Numbered from the stretch's first letter, positions 1 to 12,593 are shown. The stretch is DNA of 64,000 nt from Podarcis gaigeae (GCA_964106915.2 OZ066917.1), one strand, 5' to 3'. Translations and numbers: made by a program. The notes: generated by a model from the letters alone, not told the origin.

Positions 1-345
1 GATGTTTGAGCCCATGATTTCCTTCCTGATTAGTCCTTGTACACATGCAGGGGAAGATTTCTTTTGCCTCAGTGGATGAAAATTTACATTCAATTATATT
101 AGGATTTGTTTTGTTTGTTTTTTTGGTGTGTTTTTTTGCCAATTTATCCAGTTGGAAGCTCTTCAGTCCACTTGGATATTTAGACTTCCTAAAAAAACAT
201 GGGTGTGTCATGTACCAACTTGGCTGGCTTGGTGCCAAGCCAAAATTCTATGTAATTTATAAATATGTTTAATGACATCTTTCTCAAAACTGGTCCATGG
301 GGTGGTCTCATCTCCTTCCTTTGCCCTCTGTTCCATTCACAATTA

Positions 346-507
346 CAGTGGACCCTCGGGTAACGTAACTTTCAGGCTGCGAACTCATCAAACCTGGAAG
401 TGGGTTTGCTGCTCACGCATGCGCAGAAGCGGTCCTCCAATTATAGAATTTTCGGGATACAGCAGGGGCTCCGGAACGGATCGCGTTCGTAACTGGAGGT
501 ACCACTG
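346..507. mobile_element. Non-autonomous Tc1/mariner (Tigger/pogo-like) MITE
   Basis: TA|CAGTGGACCCTC...GAGGTACCACTG|TA: imperfect terminal inverted repeats flanked by TA (344-345, 508-509). Same terminal motif as the elements at 19580 and 19808. Confidence 0.8.
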
Positions 508-1594
508 TACATTTGCACAATGCCACCAAGGAAGAAAGGAAGGAAGGAAAGTTCACTTCAAAAGAAAGTCACTCATTGAGAATAGTCAGTAGTAAGAGTA
601 GTAAGCTGCCCTTTGTGACCTTGCTCAGTCAGTTCTTATCATATAGATACAGTGATAAAGTAGCATCGGTAGTGCAGTGATAGAGGTATTTTGATAGAAC
701 CTATTTTGCCTCTCCTGGGTAAATATGCAGATTGGAATAAAACTACCATTCAGATTTTGCACTTCTCTGAATGTTGCTGAACAGTTCTTAGCACAAAAAA
801 TATACCCAAATGCCTTTAGAAATGTGTGCATGTGTACATTTAGAAATGTGTACTGTGTTTGTTTTCTAAAAAAAAAGTAATTTACAGGTCAACGCAAATG
901 GAATGGACTTATCGATACACGTGAAACTGACATGAATCAGAAACAGATTGGTCCACCTTCCCCAGGCAGAGGTATGTGGTTGTTGAATTCAACTCCCATT
1001 TTGCCCGGCAGCAGAGCGTGGTGGGGTGGGGAATGCTATAAGGACAATAAGGAAGAGATGCTTGCTGCTGTTCCATCCCAAAGAGCCAGATTACATGTTT
1101 AACATGAACAGCTGCCCCTGAGTTGTGTACTGTTTGCATTCAAACATTTTAGGATGTTCCATCATCTCATGGGAAACATGCATCCTATTAAATGTATGGG
1201 AAATGTTGGAAGCAGATTTGCGCTAATGGGTCCATGCAAAAAAGTTTACTGAATTCTTTCGGCAAGATCCGTTTTATGCCTTATTATCGCTTGATCACTA
1301 ATGAGAAAGGCAATAAATTACCAGCCAAATGCAAGAGAGTTCAGCTATGAGGAGCCTGGGAAGATTGGCTTCATAACTGTGCAAACCAGTGAGAAATCTG
1401 GTTTTTGGGGGGGTTGGCCCTGAACAGGTCCCAGTCCAGAAAACTGTCCGAAGCTGCTGCAACCCACAAATTGAAACAATGAGTAAATATGGGGTAAAAT
1501 AAACTCAGTTCTAGTTCTTGGGCCACCTCTAGAAATTCAGCCCAGCTCTAGGTGGCAGTAGCTAAAAGAAAGAAATAAACATGAAAAGTCATCT

Positions 1595-4500
1595 GTTGTT
1601 GTTGTTGTTTAGTCGTTTAGTCGTGTCCGACTCTTCGTGACCCCATGGACCAGAGAACGCCAGGCACCTCTGTCCTCCACTGCCTCCCGCAGTTTGCTCA
1701 AACTCATGCTGGTAACCTCGAAAACACTATCCAACCATCTCGTCCTCTGCCGTCCCCTTCTCCTTGTGCCCTCCATCTTTCCCAACATCAGGGTCTTCTC
1801 CAGGGAGTCTTCTCTTCTCATGAGGTGGCCAAAGTACTGGAGCCTCAGCTTCACAATCTGTCCTTCCAGTGAGCACTCAGGGTTGATTTCCTTCAGTATG
1901 GAGAGGTTTGATCTTCTTGCAGTCCATGGGACTCTCAAGAGTCTCCTCCAGCACCATAATTCAAAAGCATCAATTCTTCGGCGATCAGCCTTCTTTATGA
2001 TCCAGCTCTCACTTCCATACATCACTACTGGGAAAACCATAGCTTTAACTATACGAACCTTTGTTGGCAAGGTGATGTCTCTACTTCTCAAGATGCTGTC
2101 TAGGCCTGTCATTGCCCTTCTCCCAAGAAGCAGGCGTCTTTTAATTTCGTGGCTGCTGTCACCATCTGCAGTGATCATTGAGCCCAAGAAAGTAAAATCT
2201 CTCACTACCTCCATTTCTTCCCCTTCTATTTGCCAGGAGGTGATGGGACCAGTGGCCATGATCTTCGTTTTTTTGATGTTGAGCTTCAGGCCATATTTTG
2301 CGCTCTCCTCTTTCACCCTCATTAAAAGGTTCTTTAATTCCTCCTCACTTTCTGCCATCAAGGTTGTGTCATCTGCATATCTGAGGTTGTTGATATTTCT
2401 TCCGGCAATCTTAATTCCGGCTAGGGATTCATCCAGCCCAGCCTTTCGCATGATGAATTCTGCATATAAGTTAAATAAGCAGGGAGACAAAATACAGCCT
2501 TGTCGTACTCCTTTCCCAATTTTGAACCAATCAGTTGTTCCATATCCAGTTCTAACTGTAGCTTCTTGTCCCACATAGAGATTTCTCAGGAGACAGATGA
2601 GGTGATCTGGCACTCCCATTTCTTTAAGAACTTGCCATAGTTTGCCGTGGTCGACACAGTCAAAAGCTTTTGCATAGTCAATGAAGCAGAAGTAGATGTC
2701 TTTCTGGAACTCTCTAGCTTTCTCCATAATCCAGCGCATGTTTGCAATTTGGTCTCTGGTTCCTCTGCCTCTTCTAAATCCAGTTTGCACTTCTGGGAGT
2801 TCTCGGTCCACATACTGCTTGAGCCTTCCTTGTAGAATTTTAAGCATAACCTTGCTAGCGTGTGAAATGAGTGCAATTGTGCGGTAGTTGGAGCATTCTT
2901 TGGCACTGCCCTTCTTTGGGATTGGGATGTAGACTGATCTTCTCCAATCCTCTGGCCACTGCTGAGTTTTCCAAACTTGCTGGCATATTGAGTGTAGCAC
3001 CTTAACAGCATCATCTTTTAAAATTTTAAATAGTTCAGCTGGAATGCCATCACTTCCACTGGCCTTGTTATTTGCAGTGCTTTCTAAGGCCCATTTGACT
3101 TCACTTTCCAGGATGTCTGGCTCAAGGTCAGCAACCACACTACCTGGGGTATACGAGACATCCATTTCTTTCTGGTATAATTCCTCTGTGTATTCTTGCC
3201 ACCTCTTCTTGATGTCTTCTGCTTCTGTTAGGTCCTTTCCACTTTTGTCCTTTATTGTGGAAATCTTTGTACGAAATGTTCCTTTCATATCTCCAATTTT
3301 CTTGAACAGATCTCTGGTTCTTCCCATTCTATTGCTTTCCTCTATTTCTTTGCATTGCTCGTTTAAGAAGGTCTTCTTGTCTCTCCTTGCTATTCTTTGG
3401 AAATCTGCATTCAATTTCCTGTATCTTCCACCATCTCCCTCGCATTTTGCTTGCCTTCTCTCCCCCGCTATTTGTAAGGCCTCATTGGACAGCCACTTTG
3501 CTTTCTTGCATTTCCTTTTCATTGGGATGGTTTTCGTTGCTGCCTCCTGTATAATGTTACGAGCCTCCATCCATAGTTCTTCAGGCATTCTGTCCACCAA
3601 ATCTAAATCCTTAAACCTGTTCCTCACTTCCACTGTGTATTCATAAGGGATTTGACTTAGATTGTATCTTACCGGCCCAGTGGTTTTTCCTACTTTCTTC
3701 AGTTTAAGCTTGAATTTTGCTATAAGAAGCTGATGATCTGAGCCACAGTCAGCTCCAGGTCTTGTTTTTGCTGACTGTATAGAGCTTCTCCATCTTTGGC
3801 TGCAGAGAATATAATCAATCTGATTTCGATGCTGCCCATCTGGTGATGTCCATGTGTAGAGTCGTCTCTTGTGTTGCTGGAAAAGCGTGTTTGTGATGAC
3901 CAGCTTGTTCTCTTGACAGAACTCTATTAGCCTTTGCCCTGCTTCGTTTTGATCTCCAAGGCCAAACTTGCCAGTTGTTCCTTTTATCTCTTGACTCCCT
4001 ACTTTAGCATTCCAATCCCCTATAATGAGAAGAACATCCTTCTTTGGTGTCACTTCTATAAGGTCTTGTAAGTCTTCATAGAATTGGTCAATTTCAGTTT
4101 CTTCAGCACAAGTAGTTGGTGCATAAACTTGGATTACTGTGATGTTAAAAGGTCTGCCTTGGATTCGTATCGAGATCATTCTATCATTTTTGAGATTGCA
4201 TCCCAGTACAGCTTTCACCACTCTTTTGTTGACTATGAGGGCCACTCCATTTCTTTTATGGGTTTCTTGCCCACAGTAGTAGATATGATGGTCATCCGAA
4301 CTGAATTCACCCATTCCCGTCCATTTTAGTTCACTGATGCCCAGGATGTCAATATTTATTCTTGCCATCTCATTTTTGACCACCTCCAACTTACCCAGGT
4401 TCATGGTTCTTACATTCCAGGTTCCTATGCAATATTTTTCTTTACAGCATTGGACTTTCCTTTTGCTTCCAGGCATATCCGCAACTGAGCGTCCTTTCGG

Positions 4501-4820
4501 CTTTGGCCCAGCCGCTTCATCAGCTCTGGATCTACTTGTACTTGCCCTCCGCTCTTCCCCAGTAGCATGTTGGACGCCTTCCGACCTGAGGGGCTCATCT
4601 TCCAGCGTCATATCTTTTATATGCCTGTTGTCTTTGTCCATGGAGTTTTCTTGGCAGGGATACTGGAGTGGCTTGCCGGTTCCTCCTCCAGGTGGATCAC
4701 GTTTGGTCAAAACTCTCCACTATGACCTGTTCATCTTGGGTGCCCTGCTCGGCATAGTTCATAGCTTCTCTGAGTTCTTCAAGCCCCTTCGCCACGGCAA
4801 GGCAGTGATCCATGAAGGGG
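1595..4820 (-). mobile_element. Full-length BovB (RTE-clade) non-LTR retrotransposon
   Basis: 3226 bp between identical 12-bp direct repeats GAAAAGTCATCT (1583-1594 and 4821-4832). (CAA)n tail on the minus strand directly after ...GAAGAGTCGGACACGACTAAACGACTAA. Single long ORF; 5' UTR resembles BovB (GGATCACTGCCTTG...GGGCACCCAAGA). Confidence 0.97.
1609..4641 (-). CDS. BovB ORF: APE-like endonuclease + reverse transcriptase (1010 aa from first ATG at 4641; frame open from a TTG at 4710, 1033 aa)
   Basis: Endonuclease motifs IGTWNVRT, ILGISE, IQVYAPT, IIGDWNAKVG, QIDYIL, SDHQLL. RT motifs IDYAKAFDCV, GVRQGCILSPCLFNLY, LRYADD, FTFLGS. RTE C-terminus IDAFELWCWRRLLRVPWT...LQYFGHLMRR. No stops or frameshifts. 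Confidence 0.96.
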   Translation of the reverse strand: MDKDNRHIKDMTLEDEPLRSEGVQHATGEERRASTSRSRADEAAGPKPKGRSVADMPGSKRKVQCCKEKYCIGTWNVRTMNLGKLEVVKNEMARINIDILGISELKWTGMGEFSSDDHHIYYCGQETHKRNGVALIVNKRVVKAVLGCNLKNDRMISIRIQGRPFNITVIQVYAPTTCAEETEIDQFYEDLQDLIEVTPKKDVLLIIGDWNAKVGSQEIKGTTGKFGLGDQNEAGQRLIEFCQENKLVITNTLFQQHKRRLYTWTSPDGQHRNQIDYILCSQRWRSSIQSAKTRPGADCGSDHQLLIAKFKLKLKKVGKTTGPVRYNLSQIPYEYTVEVRNRFKDLDLVDRMPEELWMEARNIIQEAATKTIPMKRKCKKAKWLSNEALQIAGERRQAKCEGDGGRYRKLNADFQRIARRDKKTFLNEQCKEIEESNRMGRTRDLFKKIGDMKGTFRTKISTIKDKSGKDLTEAEDIKKRWQEYTEELYQKEMDVSYTPGSVVADLEPDILESEVKWALESTANNKASGSDGIPAELFKILKDDAVKVLHSICQQVWKTQQWPEDWRRSVYIPIPKKGSAKECSNYRTIALISHASKVMLKILQGRLKQYVDRELPEVQTGFRRGRGTRDQIANMRWIMEKAREFQKDIYFCFIDYAKAFDCVDHGKLWQVLKEMGVPDHLICLLRNLYVGQEATVRTGYGTTDWFKIGKGVRQGCILSPCLFNLYAEFIMRKAGLDESLAGIKIAGRNINNLRYADDTTLMAESEEELKNLLMRVKEESAKYGLKLNIKKTKIMATGPITSWQIEGEEMEVVRDFTFLGSMITADGDSSHEIKRRLLLGRRAMTGLDSILRSRDITLPTKVRIVKAMVFPVVMYGSESWIIKKADRRRIDAFELWCWRRLLRVPWTARRSNLSILKEINPECSLEGQIVKLRLQYFGHLMRREDSLEKTLMLGKMEGTRRRGRQRTRWLDSVFEVTSMSLSKLREAVEDRGAWRSLVHGVTKSRTRLND

Positions 4821-5426
4821 GAAAAGTCATCTACTCTAAGTAAATATTTAAAGAATCGGCTGCTATTTAGACAAAAAGGAAGGAAATAGTTCTGGAATCA
4901 GTAAGCAGATTCTGAACAATTTCACTACTGTTGTCTCTTGTTTAGAGTGGAATATTAACCAATTAATATACTTTTCTGTGCCACTAAGCTGTTTTTACTT
5001 GTGAGTGCTGAGATGTATCTTACTTTGCAGTTAAAACGGAAATTGCACCTCATCTAAAAGGCACTTAAATGAACCACAATATGAACCACCTCATTATGTT
5101 TCTGGGTAACCACCAATTCCTCAGCCCCAAAGACAAAATAAAAAACTCCCTCCACCTTCATTACTAAATATTCTTCCACTTAAAAGAGAATTATTGGAGA
5201 AAAATTCAGACATTGCTGCAGATGTGGGGACACCTCAGGCATTTAACTTCAAGGCGAGCCCCAACTTCTTGGTTTGAATGTTACCTCAGAATCGCAAAAC
5301 ATGGAAGTGCTTCCTCTCTCTACCTTGGCTGAGGTAATAGTTGATCTGGATAAAGCAAAAACTATTAAGAAGATGAGAAGAATATCTTTCTAGTCTCCAA
5401 TAGGCAGACAAAGATACATAGAATTA

Positions 5427-6607
5427 CCGTATTTTTCCCTCTATAACACGCAGATTTTTTCTCCTAAAAAAGAAGGGGAAATGTCTGTGCGTGTTATAGA
5501 ACGAATGTGTGGTCCCTGGAGCCGAAAAAGCAGGCAAAAATCAAATCGCGCGTCTCCTAGAAGGGAAACTTGAAAAGAGGAAGTGGCTGCTTTCCTGCAT
5601 TCTGCCTCAGGGTCTTACTGCCCACCCTCCTCTGTTTCGTTGCTGTGTTTGCTGAAACAGAACAAAGAGCAGGGAAAGCCCCTCCCCTCCAGGCAAGCAG
5701 AGGGGAATTCCTCTCTGTGCTCCGGTGCTGCTGGGGGAGAGGGGGGGGAGGGGGAGGGAGAGAGAGGGGGGGAGGGAGGGAGAGAGAGAGATATGGCTGG
5801 CTTGGGTGGGGGAAAACTTTTGCCTTTCTTTCCTCCCTCCGTTAAATCCCTCTCCTGCATTCTTAGCCAGCTGCTTCTCTGCACACCCCTCTCATGTCCC
5901 TTCTTTGTTTTTCCTTCGCTCCCCACTTAAAATGTGGTTACAAAGCATAGATCCACATGGATCCTCAGGATCTTTGCATTGGGTCACCCCAAATTCACCA
6001 TCAGATCACATAGCATGTCCATGGCTACAGCCTGCCCCCCCAAAATCACGCACCCACTGTTGCCTGGGGCTGCAATGGTGCAAAAACGTGGTTAAAAAGC
6101 ATGGATCCACATGGATCCTCAGGATCTTTGCATTGGGTCACCCCAAATTCACCATCAGATCACATAGCATGTCCATGGCTACAGCCTGCACCAAAAAAAT
6201 CACACACCCACTGTTGCCTGGGGCTGCAATGGTGCAAAAATGAGGTTACAAAGCATGGATCCACAGGGATTCTCAGGATCTTTGCATTGGGTCACCCCAA
6301 ATTCACCATCAAATCACATAGCATGTCCATGGCTACAGCCTGCACCAAAAAAATCACGCACCCACTGTTGCCTGGGGCTGCAATGGTGCAAAAACATGGT
6401 TACAAAGCATGGATCCACAGGAATTCTCAGGATTTTTGCATTGGGTCACCCCAAATTCACCATCAGATCACATGTCTGTGGCCACAGCATGAAGCCCAAA
6501 AATGATACATCCACTGTTTCATTCAGAATGTTTTTCCCCTTGTTTTCCTCCTCTAAAAGCGATGTGCGTGTTATGATCAGGTGCGTGTTATAGAGCGAAA
6601 AATACGG
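5427..6607. mobile_element. Non-autonomous Tc1/mariner element (Tc2/Kanga-like CCGTATTT termini) with internal tandem array
   Basis: TA|CCGTATTTTTCCCTCTATAACACGCA ... TGCGTGTTATAGAGCGAAAAATACGG|TA: ~26-bp TIR with one mismatch, TA duplication, no transposase ORF. Confidence 0.88.
5934..6472. repeat. 154-bp tandem repeat, ~3.5 copies, inside the MITE
   Basis: GGTTA(C/A)AAAGCAT(A/G)GATCCACA... recurs at 5936, 6090, 6244 and 6398 (exact period 154). Confidence 0.93.
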
Positions 6608-9090
6608 TAATTCCCAATGTTACAATCAACCTTAGGACAACAGGTCTGTACCCACACAAAATTTTTCACCTTTAAACATTTTGAAATATACTGGCTTTTG
6701 CTACACTGCCAACCAAATATGAAATAAAATGTTTTACACCTCTAGTTTCAAGTGACTTTGACCATTGATCAAAGTTAACATTCTGTTTATTTATTTCAAC
6801 AATCCAAACCTGGACAATTACTAATGGTTTGCCGAGACATCTGTTTACTTCCTAAGAATTAAAAGTTCTAAAACTGCATTCTACAATGAGTATTTACATC
6901 TTAAGAGAGAGAGAAATGAAATATATTCCAGAGCTTTGTGGCAGAAATAGACATCTTAATTGAAATAACAAAACCACAGTATAAAACCAAAGGCACCTTT
7001 GAACTACTGTTTATTCAGAAAAAAAGGTCTATGCTAAGATTTTAATGGCAAAGAACTGCACTTTGAAAAACGAGAGAGAAATTAATTAAAACCCAGTGCT
7101 AATCCCATTGCAGATATTTTTAGTTTTAGAAAGATATTTCTGGATGCTGTAAAATAACCTAAAATATTAAGTTGTCATTGCCCTTTTAAATCCTTTCAAC
7201 TTGAATTCCCTAATTGTTCCCTCACTTTATCTCACTGTACCAGTAAGTAAATAAATTAACAAAATAGCTTTTATCGCACAGAATAACCTTTTAACTGAAG
7301 GATTATCTCTGGTTTATTTTTCATTTCTTGCACTGCAGATAGCAGTTCATGCCTCATTGATTAGTTTGCTGAGGTGGTGACCAGAAAAGAAAACAAGGTC
7401 TCTTAGATATTGCTAGGACCTGTAAATATTTTTGTAAAAATGCTCTATAGCTAATATAATATAATAAGGATTAGGCTGGAACTTTGGCCCAGTTCACCTT
7501 ACTATCCTCTTAAGATGATCAACCAGCGATCCTAATTACTGACCCAATCACTACAATTAATTCCTATTTAGCAGACAGAGCCTTAGATTATGTTTAATTT
7601 TTTAAAAAAACTTTCGTTTCTCTCTCTTTCTCCCCACTTTAGCTAAATTATCACTAGTTAGTATACAGCAAACAACCTACAAAAAAAGTAAAATAACATA
7701 CTAATATCTGTATAACAAGATGGCTGGTTTTCTAATTCAGTAAATTGGATTCTCTTTTGTATCTTTGCTACCAAAATGCCTTTTCTCAATTTTTTAATTT
7801 CATCATGTGAAACAGATTTTCCTTGTGTACGTGCACAAACAGATTAGATATCCCTATATGCTGCAAGTTCCCAATCAGGTACCCAAATAACAGTTTTGAA
7901 TTGTTTTGAAATAGTCTAGTATTGTTTTAATGTCCTATTTAAAAATGTTCCCAGCAGTTGCCTTACCTGAGAGTAAGTCACACTGAACACAGTGTTGCTT
8001 ACTTCTGAGAAGACATGTATAGGATTATACTTTAAGATGAAATGATATGAACAAGGGCTATGAACAAACTTGGATAGCTGAAAAATTAACTCAAAAAAAT
8101 TATGCTGTAATAGAAGACAAACATTCATGGGGGCAAAAAACTGCTTTATATATAAATGATGAAGGCTATGTTGAAATGCCTCCAGTGTAATATTTTTTTA
8201 AAAAATATGTTTTGAAGAAGAAAAAACGAGGGGATTTCGAAGAGAAGCACTCAGACCAAAACCCACTACATAATACCTCACCTTGGTTGATGCAAGAGAC
8301 AAATCTGGTTTTCCATAAAAAATATTCCTGCTGTGAGAAACATTTTTAGTTGGTTGCGGATGAACACCATTCATTGCAACATTCCTTTTAAGAAATAATC
8401 ATTTTGCATACCAAAGGGCACAACTCTGCTAAATTTTATATTTTGCCAACTGGATGGTGTCTGCAGCTTAACGAAACGTGAGCCCCTGTTCCTGCTAAAT
8501 TGTCCTTGATATAAAGATTATGCTCTGTTAACAGTGCATTATACAAATGCCTACATTCACTCATCTTTTAGTATCCACTTAAAAGATCAAGATCAACATA
8601 AAGGCAATAAAATGATACATAATAGCAGACACTTATGTTCTCTGTACTTTACTTATCAGTTTTAACTAAGATGACTTTATCAAAAGGTTCATTTTCATAC
8701 TGAGTTTATATCAATCAGCTATCCTTTACACCTGTCAGAACGTTACTATTATTCCCAGATAAATGTGACTTATCATATAGTGGTGCGAGATAATGAAAAA
8801 CTCTTATGAAAACTATTTTTTATTACTATTCCACAGCTGTTTCCTGCTATAAATGCCCTACATTGTAACAAACACTGCTAATGATATGTAACAAGGGTTG
8901 GGGGAAAAGAAACCTGGGGGGAAAGGCGATGAGCTGGAGCAAGAAGGGCTGACCAAGAATCCCAGTTGTAAAGATCACACGGTCTCTAGGCTTTTAGGCC
9001 CCGTGAAAGCGGAAATAGTTACAAAGGATCTGTTTCTAAAACATTTCCATGCTAAAATAAAATGTATGAACGGGAAGTGCATCAGCTGAC

Positions 9091-9216
9091 TTGGGCAGCT
9101 CAGTCGGTTAGTGTGTGGTGCTGATAAAGCCAAAGTTGCAGGTTCGATCCCCGTAAGAGGACACATATTCCCGCATTTCAGGGGTTTGGAGTAGATGATT
9201 CTCAATGATTCTATGA
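9091..9216 (+). mobile_element. tRNA-derived SINE with CR1-type tail (Squam3-like), decayed
   Basis: A-box-like AGCTCAGTCGGTTAG, B-box GGTTCGATCCC, then GGGGTTTGGAGTAGATGAT...ATGATTCTATGA (CR1-like 3' end). Confidence 0.7.
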
Positions 9217-10077
9217 AGGAGCTGGGAATTGGCTGGGGAAATACAGCAGTCTGAGCCCCTTTGCTGCCACCTCCTCTCTTCCCGCTTCCTTCTTCATGGC
9301 AACCCCTTGTCTCTCCCTCCCCACCGCTCCCTTCTTGCTATAGGGAAAATGGTAGTTTTCCATGCCTTGCTCTTAGAAATGGGTCCTTCTGCTGCAACCA
9401 CTTTGTCAACAGAGGGGGGAAAGAAGCAGTGGGAGGGAGGGAAGAGCAGCAACACAGCCAGAGGCATAGCAAGGTCAGGTGGTACCCAGTGCAGATTTTT
9501 TTGTTTTATCACTCTCCCCCCCCCCCCTTGAAATTATTAAAAGGAGGAAAAATAAGATACTTTGGTATTTTCTGGTTTATTTACTTAACACTGTGAGCAG
9601 AAGCACTTAAAAAAAATCCCCCCTAACTTTGTTCTCCCACCCCACCTCTCCTCCCGTGAGTTCCAGGGTTTGGGTCCCAAGTTGGGGGAGCTTTTGCTTC
9701 TCTCCTTCCCTCCTCCCTCTGCTTCTTTGCTCGCCTGCCTCCTTCCCGTCCTCTCCCTGCCTGCCCGCCTCCTCCAGCAGCCTGGGAGCAGCGTAGCTCC
9801 CCCACTTCCCCCGACGGCTCAGGTAGGCTTGGGAGTTGCAGGAGGGCTGCACACCAAATGTCACCCCCTCAGAGATGACACCCGGAGCAGCCCGCCCCCC
9901 CCTTCCTACGCCTCCGAATAGAGCTATGGTGGAAGTAGAGAGCCTTGCAGGATATGAAGGGCATGAACAAGCCAACCTGAAGCCCAAGTCACATGGCTCA
10001 ACACAGCTAACGACGCACATTTGAGTACATCTCTCTTATTCTAACCTCTGCTCAATATTGCTCAACATCCAATGACC

Positions 10078-10653
10078 ACTTTTTCGCTCTATAACACGCA
10101 CCCGACCATAACACACACATAGTTTTTAGAGAAGGAAAACAATAAAAAAAATATTCTAAATGAAACAGCGGATGTATGATTTTTGTGGTTCATGCTGTGG
10201 CCACAGACATGTGATCTGACGGTGAGTTTGGGGTAGCCCAATGCAAAAATCCTGAGGATCCATGTGGATCTGTGCTGTGTAACCCCGTTTTAAGTGGGGA
10301 GGGAAGGAAAAGCACTCAAGGGACAAGGAACACGCGTGGGGTGGGTGGAGAAGGATGCTGTTAATAATGCAGAAGAGGGGTATAAGAGGAGAAGGCACCT
10401 CTCCTCTCCTGCTTTGCTCCTTTAAAGCAAGCAGGCTCTCTGTCCCTCTCTCCTCCCCCCTAGCGGCTCTTCTCCCGCTTTGCTGTTTCAAAGCAAGCCA
10501 CGGAGGAGGGAAGGAAGGGGAACCATGGATCCTCTGCTCATGACTGCAGCAGATCCCCCTGTCATCCGTAGGCATTCACTCCGTAACACACACAGACATT
10601 TCCCCATACTTTCTAGGATGAAAAAAGTGAGTGTTATGGTGCAAAAAATACGG
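10078..10653. mobile_element. Second copy of the CCGTATTT-type Tc1/mariner MITE, inverted relative to 5427-6607
   Basis: Left end TTTTTCGCTCTATAACACGCA, right end AAAAATACGG|TA. 10080-10300 is the reverse complement of the 5427 element's right part, with only one partial 154-bp unit. Confidence 0.8.
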
Positions 10654-11944
10654 TACTTACTTATTTTAAAACCCTCATGTCCACATTTCTAGCCTTTGTG
10701 GAATCTGGTGACAACCATCGGACGTCAATTTATGGCAACAGGAAAAGTGTAAAAATATATGGAAATTGCCTGGTGAAACCTGCCTAGGCCCCTGCCTTCA
10801 ACTAGTCAATGCAGAATGAATTATGCACTATAGTGAAAATGCATATTTTATAGAAACTATTTATTTGCTGCTTCTTCTTTTTTAACAAATCACAGAATTA
10901 AGCTTTTCTTCATGCAGGATTTCGGTTACCTTACTGCAGATAAACATATATCACATTAATATGGAGCACACAAAACCCTTACTGTATGCTAGGCTTCCAA
11001 AACATAGTGCTGGTTCTGTTTCAGGATTTCAGACCCCGTCTGAACTGGCCTGAATGTACAGGCCTCTCCAAAGAAGAAGCCGAATATCAGTGGCTCTTAA
11101 GTGGTACATATGCACTACACTGAAGAGAATACTGAAAGTTCATTATGAGTTAAGATTTTGATTGTATTTATTTTGAACGAACTCAACATTTTCCTTCCAC
11201 ACTAGGCTACTGGACATGATTATATTCTTAAATTCGTTAAGAATGGTTGCTTATTTGACACTGCTACAGAAAAACAAACATGAAAGCAAAATAGGATTAT
11301 TTCAGAAAATGTGTCATTGGTACATCTCTGGGACAGGTTACCATATTCCTTCTAACAATTTTTCATCATTCTATCTTTCCCCCTTTGACACAGACTAGCT
11401 TCTGTATACAGTAGGTATTGTGAGGGTCGTTTAAGTGCCAAATTACATGTATAATTACTACATGCTGATTGCACCCATGACTCAACTAATGGTTGAAACC
11501 TTTCCTCCTATCACTTATACTTATGATCTGTTTACCCTAATATACTGTAATGTAGTATAAACACTAATATAAGCCGTCAAACTTGGGCAAGCTCCAAAGT
11601 AACATTTTTTAAAAGGAATCGAACACAGGGTAATGGATTTCTGCTTCCTCTGCGTGTGTGTTTTTAAAAATGTTACTCCAGAAGACATCCTTTGTGTGTT
11701 TATTCCTCTGCCTGAAGTTGACAGTCATGAATAAAGCAAAATAAACTATGGGAATAAAAACAAAAATAAAATCAAGGTGCCTCGGGTGAACTTTGGCTGT
11801 CTTCAGAATGCTGAAGCGTGATGTATATTCTATATTGGCCAAATTAGGAGACATAGGCTAATTCAGTTCTGAAAACAGATCGGAACCCAGATTGTAGCGG
11901 GTCTAGATAAGATGTCTCTTCCAAGAATACCCAAAGTTGCTCCA

Positions 11945-12200
11945 AAACCACCCTCTCCACCACCTTTGCCAAGAAAGGGGCTATAGTTCTTTCACTCCAC
12001 TGGGTCTAGGATGGGCTTTTTGAGGAGTGGATTCACCACTTCCTCTTTAAAAACCGTGGGCACCACTGCTCCCACACAAGGATGTGTTTCCCACGCCTTT
12101 CACCTATTCACGTCACCCCAGTTAGCTTTAATAAGCCACGATGGACAAGGATCTAATGAGCAGGTGGTCAGGATACTGTCCACCTCCAAAGGCTGCATCA
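11945..12200 (-). mobile_element. L2 LINE reverse-transcriptase fragment, decayed
   Basis: Minus-strand translation gives TTCSLDPCPSWLIK and FKEEVVNPLLKKPILDPVE*KNYSP...FLGK, the L2 pre-RT motifs. Confidence 0.75.
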
Positions 12201-12559
12201 CCTGGAAATGATCCCATAACACCAGGGTCAACATTTCATTGGATGCCTCGGTTGGTACCGTCACAATCACAGTTTCTAAATCACTGAAGAGCCAAGCAAC
12301 ATTTTATCCCTCTGGCACATCTATGCTATCCTGGCTCATCAGGAACCCAGGAGATCTTAAGTTGGTGCACGCCTTGAAAAGTGGGGGAGGCACAGCAGGA
12401 ATGGGAACCAGAAACAGATATTAGGCTGGAGCCTATGCCTACTGGGCTTGGTCACCTGGGCTTGGTCACCCAGCTTACCTGGCAAAAAGGGTGGTGTGCC
12501 TCAAACACTATTTTAAAGGCTGGTTTTCCCTCTCTCCCTCCCCCTCCCTCTCTCTTACA

Positions 12560-12562
<3 letters not shown>

Positions 12563-12591
<29 letters not shown>
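12563..12591. repeat. (AC)n microsatellite
   Basis: Direct read. Confidence 0.95.

Positions 12592-12593
<2 letters not shown>

Noticed and set aside
1637-4843. Plus-strand ORFs of 313, 200, 168 and 81 aa
   Set aside because: Antisense shadows of the BovB ORF; Ser/Leu-rich with no domain motifs.
5570-6593. Overlapping ORFs of 91-172 aa
   Set aside because: Produced by the G-rich tract and 154-bp repeats of a non-coding MITE.
9091-9160. tRNA gene (also 48285-48345)
   Set aside because: Degenerate stems and attached CR1-like tails indicate SINE heads.
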